In this document: piece after piece, positions 51,038 through 64,000 of the stretch
How positions within the stretch are numbered: the stretch's first letter is position 1
Layout: each line of letters starts with the position of its first letter
NCBI GenBank assembly: GCA_013239625.1
Contig: MU054187.1
Location: 16,260,941-16,324,940, forward strand
Direction: 5' to 3'
Length of the DNA stretch: 64,000 nucleotides
From: Lama guanicoe
Taxonomy: Eukaryota
Position numbers and translations under genes: made by a program
The notes under the pieces: generated by a model
Told to the model about the DNA's origin: nothing
Database searches by the model: none
What the model saw: the letters and a program-made list of their open reading frames with translations, nothing else

Positions 51038-51245
51038 AAATAGCTAACACATGTTGAATATTTTATATTTGCCAGGCACTATTCTAAGCATTTGCATGTA
51101 ATTCTCACAGAAATCCCATGAAATAGGATTTTATACTTTTGCCCATTTTATAGATCAGAAAACTGAGGCACAGAGAGGGTTATCAGATGCCAGGACTTGA
51201 ATGTAGGCATCTGAGTAAGAGCCCATATTATTAAGTAGTGTGTCA
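51038..51245 (-). mobile_element. MIR SINE
   Basis: TGCCAGGCACTATTCTAAGCA...CCCATTTTATAGATCAGAAAACTGAGGCACAGAGAGG. Confidence 0.85.
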
Positions 51246-52259
51246 CATTGCTTTTCTTTATCTTTAAACAGTATCTTTAGTTAATGTGTTTCATAGAGAA
51301 TCCTTTCTCAGTACTTCTAATTTTATTTTTAAAAATAATAGGGTCATATTATTACGGTAATATTGCTTTTGAAATTAACTTAGAAAGTAAAATAGAATGA
51401 TCAATTTTCCTAATGGCCTTTTAAACTAAAAATTAATTATTAAATAAAATAGTTTAATATTATAGATTAATAAAGGCAAAACAGAGAAACATCCAACATC
51501 TGGTTATTACAAGTGAATGGAACTATTATAAGAATCAGATTTGAATGCACTTTGAAAAATAGAAATAGGAATATCATAGTTGAAGACATTTTGCATATTC
51601 TTTCTAATAGTTTTCCTTTTATTTTGAAACTGTTTGTATTTTTAATGACTGAAATAAATTAGGAAATGTCAGGCTGGTTAAAATCAGTCCAAACAGATTG
51701 TGAAACCAGTAGGATTCATTCAGGGCCGTGGGAGCCCCTTCCGTGGTTTCCCCTTTCTTTCCCACTTTTGAAAATCCTCAATCACTGCCATTTCTGGTCT
51801 CAGCTTTCACATCACAGCTGAAAAGGAAGCGCGTCTCAGAGACAGAAATGCATCCCCTCCATGATGAACCTGAAATGCCCTCAGGTTGTGAAAAGGAAGG
51901 GATTTAGCACTTGAACCTAGATGGCGTTCTTTTCTTTTTTTTTTTTAATCAAAGTGCACCATTCATGCTTCATACTGGCGGTGGCACAATTTATTTAAAA
52001 CAATATGGTATCTCAGAGAAGGTAAACAATAATAATAACAATCTGGGAATAACAATGTGTCCATAAATGATACAGAAAACCACATGGCTCTAGTACCTTC
52101 ATGAAATGGGACTTCAATATACATATTTCTCACACAGCTTTATGCATGACTTCATTTCTATGGTTTGCACTTCACCGCTCTGTTGTGTCACTCTCCCAAT
52201 AAACCTATAGATCATACAGAGTGAAATATGTTCAGACTCTCTTTTCTTGACGAAAAAAA

Positions 52260-52475
52260 GGAGCAGTGTGCTTTAGAAGAGTGAGCACTGAACCAGCAGT
52301 CCAGAGATTTGAACTTGAGTCCCAGCCCCACCACTGTCTGGATTCTGGACATTGGGTGAGTAGCAGCTCCTCTCAAAATTCAGTTTTCACACCACTGGGA
52401 CATCTCTGTCCACATCCCAAAGTCCTTGTGGTAACAAATTGAGCTAATACATGAGAAAGCATTCTGAAAAATTGC
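52260..52475 (+). mobile_element. MIR/MIR3
   Basis: GAGCAGTGTG...GAGCACTGAACCAGCAGTC...GAGTCCCAGCCCCACCACT...TAATACATGAGAAAGCATT. Confidence 0.6.
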
Positions 52476-54615
52476 TATACATTAGAGGAAAATTGTTTGC
52501 AGTGGGAGGTTCAGAACTCTACAAATAAATACATAAAACAGTTTTACATTCTATTCCTTTAAAAATTTACAAATCTTTACTTTTCCTAAATTTACTCACC
52601 AGTAAATGAGTTCATTACCAGTATTTTTTGTAGTTTATTGCTGTTTAAAACAATGTGTTTATCTGAAAAGGATGAAGAATCCTAGAGTTTTTCAGACGTG
52701 TTATATTTTAGGAGTGATAAAGATTCAAAAGGAAATGCTTAACCTTGCATTATGTCCTCATTTTTCTTCAATGAATTATAATTTTACTTTTCAATACTAC
52801 TAATATTTTTTGCAGAGCAAAAATTAGCAAAGTGAAAATGCAAAAGCATGCTAACGGATGTTGGTAGTTTTTAATGACACCATATCTTATCTGTTTGACT
52901 GTGGATGTCAATCGAATTAGAAAATCATTATCTAACTTGTTCTATGCTACCAATAATTCTGTCTTTTAAATAATTTAGACCCTGTGCATTTTCTGCTAAG
53001 CTTTTGAATCCATGCCTATACAATTGCATTGGTATTACTTAAGTCATGGCAGGTTTTAAAAATGAGAGGTTTATTTTAATTAAAATTTTTGACTTTTAAT
53101 GGGACTTATCTTTTCTAAATTTTTTTCCTGTGACTTTAGTGATATACAAAAACATACAATGCCTGTACAGAATGTTAAGAATATAAATATTTTCTAAGCA
53201 TCCATGATTCACGTGCTACATTAGGGTTGTAAATTCAGGTCTGATGTGTTGCAGAAATCAGCCTTCCATATCACAGTTTTCCTCCCCGAATGAGGCAAGA
53301 GTCAGCTAGTAAATATATGTGGTCAACCTCAGATTTGCCTCACTGGGAGTTCACATGTATTTTTAACTGCCTTCAATTGTTAATGTATTCCTCAAATGAG
53401 ATGCATCACCTTGAAGAATGACTTTTTGCCCTCCGGGAATAAGCCAAACAAGTATTTCATTCGCTATGATAATCAGTTCTACCTTCAGCAACATATAAAC
53501 CCAAATTTAATAGGCACTGGTGATTAGGTTTTAAGTCAGAGCATCATCACTGTCCACTGTAAAAAATAACAAGGAAAAATACAAATTATAATGAATTTGC
53601 CTTCAGGAGGCCTTGTTAGACATAATGGGACCATAACTTTTTCAGGATACTGTGAATAAATGTTTTTCCTTCCCATTATAGGCATTTTTGAATCACCAAT
53701 TTTCAGTGATAAGAAAGATTTTCTCTAACTCCTGCTAAAGATAGCTTAGGTCATTTGTTTTGTCCACTTAGTGTAGGAGAGTCTCGAAAGGAAAAAAGGA
53801 CCACTTACCCTAAAACACTTATTTAAATCTTTTAAAATGCTTAAAACCATATAGAGCCATTCAAAGGGGTAGATAAATTTAATCTTCTCCAAACCCTTCC
53901 ACCGTCAAAATTATCTAAGGCTTTTCTCCAACTTTGCATTGAAATCAAGAAGAATTGTGCAGGACATTATGGAAAATAACAAATCAAGCCTTAAATCCGC
54001 AGCTTAGGTTGTGGACAGTAAATGATACAGTGGTTCCACTTTCTGGGAACTGAGTAGCAGAAGAAAATGAAGAAAGATACCACTGACAGGGCAAGGATGA
54101 TGGGAGCAGGCTAGCATTATGAATGATATGTTAAGTGATTGGCTCCGATGGAATCATGGGATTGCGGCTGCCTTTTGCAGAAGCTGATTTTCATTCTTAT
54201 TGTTCACCTCATAAGACTCCAACATATGGGAGGGGGAAGGCAGAGGAGCAGCTACGTGGACATGCATTCCCTGTACATATGCATATTTAGAAATATTCTG
54301 AACATTTGCCCAGATATACAGAGCGGAAGGAATAAATACCCAATGCCAAAAATATAGATCTTGTCAGTGAGGTTTATTAGTTTTAATATTCATGTATGCT
54401 TTCTGCAGTGCCATAGTCCTTTTTATTTGATAAAACCAAAGGCATATATATTCCTAACTCCAAAAAATGTGAAATAATAATTCAGTATCCTGTAATAATA
54501 TATCGAAGACAATAACAAAGACGTGCTATAGACGGTTTCAATGTGTTTAGAGATGCATTCTATGTATTTCTTTCTTCAAACCAGTAGACACTACTTGATT
54601 CATTTGGTCTGCCTG

Positions 54616-54617
<2 letters not shown>

Positions 54618-54653
<36 letters not shown>
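54618..54653 (+). repeat. Perfect (GT)18 microsatellite
   Basis: Direct reading. Confidence 0.98.
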
Positions 54654-54654
<1 letters not shown>

Positions 54655-57600
54655 GGCAGGCTGAAGGTAAGGGGGGAGGGGCTAAACATGGACCAGCAGT
54701 CAGAGAAAATGATTCTTACATGATGCAGTATTTCAGAAACACAGGCATAAAATTAAACACAATGCTGATGTCCAAGGGTTCATTTCCTAGGATTTTCTTT
54801 CAACTCCATAATGTGATTAACTCAGAGCTTCTTTAAATGTCAATTCTTTTGTGCAGCAATGCTTAAATTTATAACATGACTAATGTTATATAACTTTTGA
54901 TATTATGAATGTCTGGGGCCAAAAAATCATCAATATAACCAACAATTCACTTGACTTAATTTTTTACATTTTTAGAAATCCAAATAAGCATATTAGCAGC
55001 CTGTCTATATAAGGATTATTTTTTTCCAGAGGGAAAAATATAACAACAGGCATCACTAATCAAAAAAAAAAATTGGAACAATTCAAAGTATTGTATTATA
55101 AGCTTAGCAGTTGCTGTTTATAGATTTGAATAGATAGATACTGGTAGCCATGCTAACTGGGGAGAGAAAAAATTTGGAAAGTAGTTGATGATTAATTCAT
55201 TTTTCAAATCTTCCACAACAAGCCATCTCCTTTTAAGTAAACATTGTAGAAGTTCTGTTAGTAGGGGCATGAATAATTTTTATAATCAATAAACTAATTT
55301 TTACTTGAGGATGGACAAAATTCTAGCCATAAAATGGCCTTTAAAATTTGGATAGAAGATGGAAAGTGTGCAATTTAAGGGAGATAAGCAAAAGAGCAAT
55401 CAGCAGACGCCTATAATTACTATGCCTTCTAAATTGATGATAGAGTTATACACTTGTTAGCATTAGGGGACCCTACAGATTTCATTTTCTAAGGTACCGC
55501 CCAGCAGGCATGTTCATTGAAAGGGGTGCCTCTGAATCCCCCTGTGCCACTCAGCTCACCCCCTGAGGGGAAACGCCACGTGCGTTCAAATCAAACGTTT
55601 TCCCATCAAGTTCTCAACTAATGGCTTTCCTAGGAGACCCAAGCCTGTCAGTCACCCACTTCCTATTTAGACACGTTAAAACAGAATTTGTTGTTTATTT
55701 GTATTTCATTGAAGTGAGTCTGTTTCCTCATATTGACTTTGTATCCAAACCCCAGGTTGTCAATACTGCTTAGCTAGGGCTTCTGTTTGTTTTGTTTTTC
55801 TCTGCATGTGATCCAGAAAAATGGTGCTGTTCATGCCAATTTCAACCCTCGTATAAATTTATAGGCAGTGTATTAACTAATTGTTTAAAGTCACTAGTGC
55901 TGGTAGCAGAAGCTAAAACACACACCTCTGTCACTAAAGGCCGTTTTGTCAAATTCACGTTTCATGAATATAGTTGAGCCCCAGCCCAGCTGAAGTCCCC
56001 GTATGGAAGATAGGGGACGAGAAAGATACCTGTATTTAATGGGTATTTAGTGGGGGTAGCATTTTTAATTTAATTATTTTCTGTGTGATTTAAAGCATAA
56101 CTGGTCTCCTCTGAGAAAAATTCAGTCATGTAACGTCACATGTTTAATCAGGTTGTGATATTTGTTCTTGGTATAGAAAAAAATTGTGTGTGTGTATTCT
56201 AAGTTAGTTTACTTGTGTTTAAGACTAAATGTAAGTATTAAGCATTCCATAAAAACAAGAACTGTTATGTTTGATACGCACTTCAAAAGCCTAAAAGGCC
56301 AAAGAAAGCCCTTCCTTAATTATTGAAGAGGTGTCTGTAAAGGAAACATGGGCAAATAGCATTCATGCTTTCATCCCCAGTAACCTTTTATTGTCCTTTT
56401 CTTCAGATGGCCAAGTCGGTATATTTAATAAAGGCAGCAGCAACCATCAAAGAAGGCAGGGCTCTAATAAATGGTCCTGATTAAAGGCCCTGACAGGGTA
56501 TGAACTTTGCATAAATTTTCTTATGGTGTCAGGCTAGGATACTGATTGAAAACTCATTAACATAATCACACACTTAGAGGAAATGCTGTAATGTATCAAA
56601 AACATTTCCCTTAGTGTAATAATTTGAAGGACATTAAAATGCAAATGATAATAAGGAGCTGTGTTTAGTGATGTTCTGAAAGCCTGATTATTCAAATATT
56701 TAGGATGAAGTATGGAGCTGCGTTCAGTAATGCAGCCACGTGAATTCAAAAATATGATCTACATATAGACCCAAAACTCTTCTTTGGTCTTACCAACTAT
56801 TTTTCCAGTCCAGAGACATATAAAATTAAAGAAAATCTGGCTTCAGTTTTCAGAGAAATACTGAAAAATCATTTTAAACTGCTAAATTAAAAAAAAAAAA
56901 TCAAGCTGCCAGGATCCTTTTCCCCAGATGTTTAAAAAAACACTGAAAAGCAGTTAGCGTTTTTTTTTGTTTTGGTTTGTTTTCTGGCCACTGTGCTTTG
57001 AAAACCTACTGACGTATTTTTAGTGTCCTTTTCTCTGCTTTTATTAAAATGTGTCTAAAGCAGCAGAGACTTGTCCTAGGTCACAGCAGTGTTATCCCTT
57101 AATGCTAATTCTTAACAATGAAAGAAACACCGCCCTCCCCCCACACACAAATAGCCATAATTATGTAAAGAATGACTGCTCCAGACTGATGACTTTCAAT
57201 ATGCTCGAGTCTAGCATACTGGTATAAGAGGCCAGAAAGGTCAACAGTAATTCATAACTGCTATAAAACTGTGTAGCATCCCAGGGCTGCTGCAGGACGC
57301 TGACATTATCATGCGTCTTCTGCTGGTTTGTATATGTAAATTTGTGATAGGAAGTGCACTGCTTTTACCGTATCACATGCAGAGCATCAATCAGGCGGTG
57401 GAATACATCAGAGTATTTTCATTATGCCTAGTTATTTACTGCATCAGAAGAAATTACCCTGGCAAGCCAAGCGGCCTTCTCTGGGTAGCATGATACGACC
57501 AACCAGGTTTCAGCTCAGGAGTCTTGTAAACATTACAGGATTAATCTCGCAATCACAATCATCAATCTTTCCTAGTCCTGCCTGGGTGCAACTGTGGAGA

Positions 57601-57964
57601 TTGGTAACCAGGCCATGTGGATTTAAATTTAACCCTGAACATCAAAAACTAGATGTCAGACCTCAGCTGCATATTGCAAAACACCTGGGTTTTTTCAGTC
57701 TGGGTGGAAGACAATAGATGAAAGTATACAAAGGAAGTCCTTTAAAGTCATATTTAATTTGTTGCTTTCATTTTTCGTACATGCTTGGGAAATTAGAAGT
57801 TTCTTTAAAAAAAACACTTTTTTTTTTTAACATCAGCTATCAGTGGGAAATGAGAGACCACTGTAACCATATAAACAAATGTTCTGTGCGATAATGGAGA
57901 CAGTGGACAAGGCTCTGCAGAGCTGTGAGATGGGACCTTGGCCTGAGGTTGGGGGCCCTGCCCA

Positions 57965-58160
57965 AACTCCTCTGGCACTGGGCCAGAGGCGATTAGAGCC
58001 CTGGGGAGTAACAGAGTTCACCTGTTAACCAATAGAGCCTTGACCACCGCATCTTGCTGACTCATAAGGTGACACTGGCATTGATCGCTGAAACCAGTGC
58101 CTGCCTACCCGCCCGCCAAAGGAAGAGATCGTCTCCCCTTTCCTTCCTCCCCAGGGAAAG
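57965..58160. promoter_or_regulatory. Candidate enhancer/promoter motif cluster (NFI, CCAAT, ARE/AP-1, GC-box/E2F, EBF)
   Basis: TGGC-N5-GCCA 57973-57985; CCAAT 58029-58033; TGCTGACTCAT 58055-58065; CCCGCCCGCCAAA ~58108-58120; TCCCCAGGGA 58148-58157. Confidence 0.4.
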
Positions 58161-59589
58161 AGGGAGAGAAGAGGTGGGTAAGACAGACGGGCTAAATGAA
58201 CATTCTATCATTTTAAGTTCAGCAAGTGCACAGAACATAGCCTATTCTATTTAGATAATGCAAAAGATAATGTGCATTCATTTTTGAAAGTCAGGTGAAA
58301 ACCATGGTGATAATGATCATTTTTCCATAGTCAAGAAACAATAAATATATAATGAGCAGGTCACATATAGACTGCCTGCAGTTTAATTTGAACTGTGACC
58401 TTTTGTTATTATTTTTTTTATCCAAAGCACTTTTTGCTGAACACATAGCACAGAGCCAATTCTTTCTTCTCTCAGTATCTTGCTGGCTCCAATCCGTGAA
58501 AAAAAGATGTAGCAACCATAAAGATATGCTTTTCCCTTCCTTCCAATAAGATTTTCAAATCTAGCAGTTTATATTCATCCTATATATAAAAGGTAGATTT
58601 TTCTTCTATATACTCTAGTCCCTGGTTGATTTAATCAACACTACAGGTATTTGGCTAGAATGTTATGATTACAGTAAAAAAAAAAAATTGTGTCATATAT
58701 TGAGAATTCCACAAGAGCTATTCATCCCTGCACAAGTGATCCTTTTCTGACTTTAAAATAATTACTAATTATTAAAATATACTAGAAAGAATTACGAATA
58801 AAATTATTTTTCCAAGTAAATCAAGAAACAATGAAAGAAAATCATCTTAAAGAGATTGCAGTGACTGAAATTTCAAGCATTTGCTTCTCTGTTTTCTTTC
58901 TGGTTGTGTAACTTTGTTTTACTTTTTTCGTTTTGTTGCTACTGATGACAGGGAGCCTTTTTATTGTTAGTGTTGCTGACATTTGTTGGATGCCCATCCT
59001 GAAGGAGACTGGCTTTCAAGTAGCTAATAACTCGATGCTGTGTTTATGTTGATAGAATTGCGGCTCCCGAAATCCTCCTGAAGGTTTTGGTTTCTGTATG
59101 TGGGGGTTCCAGGCCTAAGTGCATTGTGAACCTCCAGCTTTTCACACAATGTGTTATAACACGCACGTTTCTGGCTCTTGCAATTTTACAACCAAAGAGA
59201 GAGTCTGTTCTCCTGTTCTTTGAGAGCGTGATGTGTTATATGAAAGTGATTATTTTGAAAAATCCTTATACTACATCTCTGATCAGCTGACATTGTTCAG
59301 AGCAGGAAGGCTGGAAAAAAAGTCGGAGGCATGGGCATTACCATGGCATAAGTTTGAGCAATTTCTTTGGGCGACTTGCTTGAATTTTTATAATATCCTG
59401 CCAGATTTTATTCTTTGCTGAAGCTCTGAAACAACAAATAGCTACTAGGTACACATGGTGACGATGCTGGGGCAGTAAAAAGGTTAGTGTAAGGATCAGT
59501 GGATTGGTAAAAAGTAATCTGATCCCCTGGGAGAGGAAGGCAGGGCAGTGGTCACCTTCCCCAGCACTTTGAGAAGCCAGCAGGGAAAA

Positions 59590-59980
59590 CTTGGGACTTC
59601 AGAGTCAGGAAACATGGACTGGATCCCCAGTTCTCCTCCTTCCCAGGTGCATAACCGTAAATCATTTGACTCTGTTACTCTCAGTTCTAGCTCTTTTTTT
59701 TTTCATTCATTTACTCAACAAACATTCACCCGACTTCAGTGCACTAAATAGTGAGGCCAGGGGACGAAGTTAAAAACACATGATCCTCATCCTCAGATAA
59801 GGACAGCAACCAGTGTGTGTGCCAGGCACTGTGTGAGTTCTTGATATGATCTGTCAGGTTTAATCCTGGGAGCATTTATCCTGGGTATAAAGGGTGATAC
59901 CAAACCTTAGAGGGGTTAAATAAACTCGTGGGAGAGGCAAGACCTGAACACAGGTCCATCTGATGCTGAATTTCCTGCTC
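59590..59980. mobile_element. Mosaic of MIR and L2 fragments
   Basis: GGACTTCAGAGTCAGGAAACATGG, TTCATTCATTTACTCAACAAACATT, GTGTGCCAGGCACTGTG...AGAGGGGTTAAATAA. Confidence 0.5.
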
Positions 59981-62469
59981 AGGATTTGGGAGGGCATCTT
60001 GAACAACTGTTTTGTTTTCAACATCTTACAAAATTTTACTGAGGGTCAAATGAGAAAAGGTGTGTGACAGCGTTCTACACTCCAACGCACTGTGCACGTA
60101 TCTGTTTTCATCACCATTAACATGAAAATAGCAAAGACTTATTCACATCACTTTTAGCCTTAATTATCCACACCCAGGTAATTTGGTCCATCCCGGGTGA
60201 CTGGTACCCAAAGACGGATAAGAAAATTCTATCTCTATTAACAGAAACACTCTCAGGGATTCCTCATCGGTGTTTCTAAGCCAGCTATACATGGCTCCTT
60301 AGTGAATATTAAACAAATACAAGCCCAAGTAAGACATTTTTCTACATATGAAAGTCTCTGGAAAGCACAGGTCTGCTGTTTACATTAGACCTGGAACATC
60401 TGTAGTAATTCTTGAGGCATTTTAGGGTTATCCACCAATTAAGTGAGAATGATGACATCAATATAGTACCCTCAGACCTTATAAGTGTAGAATGTTTTTT
60501 AATTCAACCAGAATCTCTAATTTAATTTTGATGTCATATAACATAGAATTTTCCTCGTACGCAAAATTTTTATATTTTTATCCCAAACCGGGGCTTTAAA
60601 ACCAACACATGTAAGATTAAGGAAAAGGAAAAAAATGAAAACCAGTGAATGAAGAAATCTCAGTTTTGCCTTCTTTACATTGCTCCTACCACTCGTATTC
60701 TTGTGTACCTTTAATAGAACAATGCAATTTGATGACAAAGCAATAGAGTAGGAATAAAAATAAATGATTACCTCCATTGCTAATACAACCACAAATTTAT
60801 GATTCAGTTTGAAGGAAGATTTGTCAAATTTTTGTGTCTCATTTTTCAATTTTTCACATGTGATTAGTAAATGCATTTACCTGAAGCTCTTTATATGAGG
60901 AAGGACATTAAATGAAGGAATTTTTTATTTAGATATTAGCAACATAACTAGCTAAAAGGAATAAAATGAAGCACATGACAGTTTTTTTGGTTACTTGATA
61001 TCCATTGCCACAAAATAAATTGGATTACTGCGATCTTGATTCAGGAACCCATTAAAGATTTGAGGATGAACGGTAAGGGTTGGCATACCCCTTTTTGAAA
61101 TTAAAGAAAAATAATATTTTTATTGAAAGAAAACAAATGTTGACGCTCAAAAATAAAGTTGAGATGAACTTAACAGTTGTTAAAAGCATAAAGGAATACC
61201 TCAGATTTTTTAATGTCATAATTAGTTTTATCTCCAAAAGCATCTTTTTTAAAAAACATATTTTTTATTGGAATTATTCTGATAGCATCATTTAAACTTC
61301 TATTTCTCCCAAATACGTCTAAATAACCAAAATTTTGTCATACAAGGTTAATAGTTGTACAGTTTATAGTTCTTTGGTAAATTCTAAAAGAATTTTCCCT
61401 CATGTAAAAAGAAGCATGTCACTAAGGACAGAATGCTTTCCAATTGCTACTATAATAAATTACGTGCAAATATTGAATTAAAATTTTAACTCTACTCTGC
61501 CAGAATAAACATGTGAGATTGGCCTTTAGGTGTATAATGTTTAAAATTATGTGACATCAATAGAGTTTCCAAAGCATACACTGGAAATTTCTTCACCGAA
61601 GAACAGGATATTTATAAACGTTTTCCTAGAATTTAATTTAGTGTTAATTTCCTTTATTTTTTACAAGCAATAATTGGAAAATTTTGCCCAAATTTTCCTT
61701 TATGTTGATCATAGCAGTAGGTATGTTTAAATACTTAAATACTTACCATCTCTCATTTATAATAAAGCACAGTTAAATTTTGGATTTGCTTATAGAATAT
61801 GTGATATTAAATAACACTAAAATAATGTTATACCATTTTTTGCAATGCAGAGTACTTTGGGACTGAAAGATTTTGCTTTACATGCTACCATTCTCGATTT
61901 CAAACACAGTATCAGCATAGGAAGATTAGAAATGAAGTAATGACAACCTTTTCAAAGATTGCATCATTCTAATTTAGTGACACATGCAGACTTCCTTTCT
62001 CTAACGAAGTTGCAAAGACTTCATTTATAAGTTCATTAAGGGCGAATTGGATTATGATCTAAGCTAATAATAATTAAGACATTTCTAAATGAGGACATGG
62101 GAACTGTTCAGTTCATTTGGGGATGTGGGAGATTCTGTCAAATTGGAGATTTTCCTGTTTAGGTAACAATAAAAAATACAGTATCATCTTACAGGAATGG
62201 TACAACCCCTTCTCTAGCATAGTGATGGCCAAATAAAAATGGCTAAGTATAGGCGTTTAGCACTTATTTATAATCACACACAGCCATTTATGTGTAAATT
62301 TATTAAAATGATTACAGTAGTCACATACCTCCAAAACAAACAAACAAAACAGTGACATAAATTTGCAACAGCTCTACAGTTTGTGTGGGGTTTTATTACA
62401 CAGTAAAGACTATTATATTTAATTTCACTATGCTTCCAGAATTAAAGCTATGCCCCCCACACACACAAT

Positions 62470-62682
62470 CTTTTTTAATTTTTTAAAAAATTTTTACTGA
62501 GGTAGAGTCAGTTTACAATGTTGTGTCAGTCTCTGGTGTGCAGCATAATGTTTCAGTCATACACATACATACATATATTCCTTTTCATATTCTTTTTCAT
62601 TATAGATGACTACAAGATATTGAGTATAGTTCCCTGTGCTGTACAGTACAGTCTTATCTATTTTATATACAGTAGTCAGCAT
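62470..62682 (-). mobile_element. LINE-1 3' end (5'-truncated)
   Basis: T-tail, then GAGGTAGAGTCAGTTTACAATGTTGTGTC...TACAAGATATTGAGTATAGTTCCCTGTGCT; ATCTT on both flanks may be a TSD. Confidence 0.92.
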
Positions 62683-63323
62683 CATCTTGAAAATTAGCTG
62701 CTAAATATATGTGTATGAGCTTCACATTGTTTCTTTTTAAAGAAAACTGAAATATTAAGCATGGCCCATCACGTAAAATTTATGAAAATTTACGGATTAC
62801 CTAAAATGCTAGAAGTTAATTATAGGCTGCTTTCCCTGGCATGTCAGCTTGATTAAATTTGGACTTTGGAGATGAATTGGCCCAAATTCATTAGTGTTCC
62901 CTGGGTGCAGATGTTGGTCAAGGTCGAGCAAAGCACGGCAACGGTAATGTTAGAGATGAGGGGGGAAGGGATTCCAAAGAAGGTAGACTCTTAAAAGGTC
63001 TGGGGTTGCAGCGAGAAACTTTGATACTTTTTACCTTAATATATCTTGACAGCCTAATCATGGCTAAGCCTTTGCAGTGTTATTGGTACAGATGGCAAAG
63101 CTAGACATATTTAAAGAGATCTCAGCAGCTCGAAGGAGGGGAGCGCCGAATCCAAGTGCTGCATTGGGCTCCAGGAGAAAGTGAAAGAGAGGCGGATAAA
63201 AAGATGCCCAGCCTTTCCATCTCCTGACATCTCCAGCAGCCTCAGATACAGAATATGATAAGGCCCCTGCTGAGCTAATAAGCCCAACAAATGTCTGTGT
63301 CGGTGAAGTAGATGAAGTGGGAT

Positions 63324-63339
63324 CAAGCAGAGGGCGCTG
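63324..63339 (+). promoter_or_regulatory. Candidate CTCF site
   Basis: CAAGCAGAGGGCGCTG is one mismatch from the CCAGCAGAGGGCGCTG form of the core, in a locally CpG-retaining segment. Confidence 0.5.
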
Positions 63340-64000
63340 CTGTATGAAAATAAGCCAGCGCCCAGGGTATAATGGCGCTAGAGAGAGCTCCAAGGTCAAG
63401 CTGATGACAGAGACACCAGTTAAGTAGAGACCCCATCAGTGAGAAAGCTCTGCCTGCTGGATCCTAGACCTGACCATTAAAATAAAATGAACCGTCTACT
63501 TAAAGGAGGAAAGAAAATAGGAAAAAAGACACCCCTCACCCCCCGATAAGGATTGTTTTAATTTTACTTTTCTCACACACGGCACTGGCATCCTTTTGTT
63601 TATTTATAGGCCACCTACCCAGAGCAGAAACTGGAATATTGGGCTGGGAGTGGGAAATTGAGACAGGACGTGCACTTCACGATGCTGTTAAAGGCGTTGG
63701 TTCTGCTCTGTGATTTTAGTGGCTTCACAATCCACCTCGAGCATAATTTGCTTAATCCAGTCTCATCCGTCAGGAAAACAGAAAAATGACCGCTGCGTCG
63801 GGATCCACAAGTTTTCCAAGGGAAAAAAATTGCTAGATGACACAAAGATTTTTCCCGCAGCTTCTCCCTTTCTCTCTCTCCTTTTAGATAGAGAATGTAC
63901 TCATTCATTCTGAGTGTAAAGTAACTTATTTTTCCAGTAAAATAAAGCATTGGTTGAAGTTGAAATTACAGAATTCAGAACAGCAGATAACACAAGTACC

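Noticed and set aside
63064..63399. Overlapping long open frames on both strands
   Set aside because: No recognisable protein; locally higher GC reduces stop frequency
1..64000. CRISPR arrays, operons or prokaryotic defence systems; naming a host gene
   Set aside because: The sequence is mammalian with no spaced direct-repeat array, and no exon could be recognised to support a gene name

Overview
AT-rich placental-mammal genomic DNA, most likely a camelid (camel, alpaca or llama). The lineage call rests on a tRNA-Ala-headed Vic-1-type SINE and the L1 3' ends, with no recognisable Alu, Bov-A/BovB or PRE1 elements. I see no intact protein-coding gene, RNA gene or CRISPR array. The only ORF-track entries with recognisable protein similarity are LINE-1 ORF2 remnants and, tentatively, one retroviral env remnant. 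The window looks like a large intron or gene desert: clusters of transposon fossils (L1, L2, MIR, MaLR/ERVL LTRs, MER20, MER5A, MADE2, Tigger1) alternate with multi-kb repeat-poor, motif-rich blocks that may be conserved enhancers. The most structured object is a decayed class III (ERV-L-like) provirus on the minus strand at about 36.5-43.3 kb. Its 5' LTR, PBS-region, gag, protease, RT start, integrase and pol C-terminus remain in order, followed by a possible env-TM remnant, and it is riddled with later insertions, including an L1 that duplicated the PBS region as its target site. Repeat family names come from recalled consensus sequences, not database searches, and boundaries of old repeats are approximate. 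I found no convincing novel biological system.
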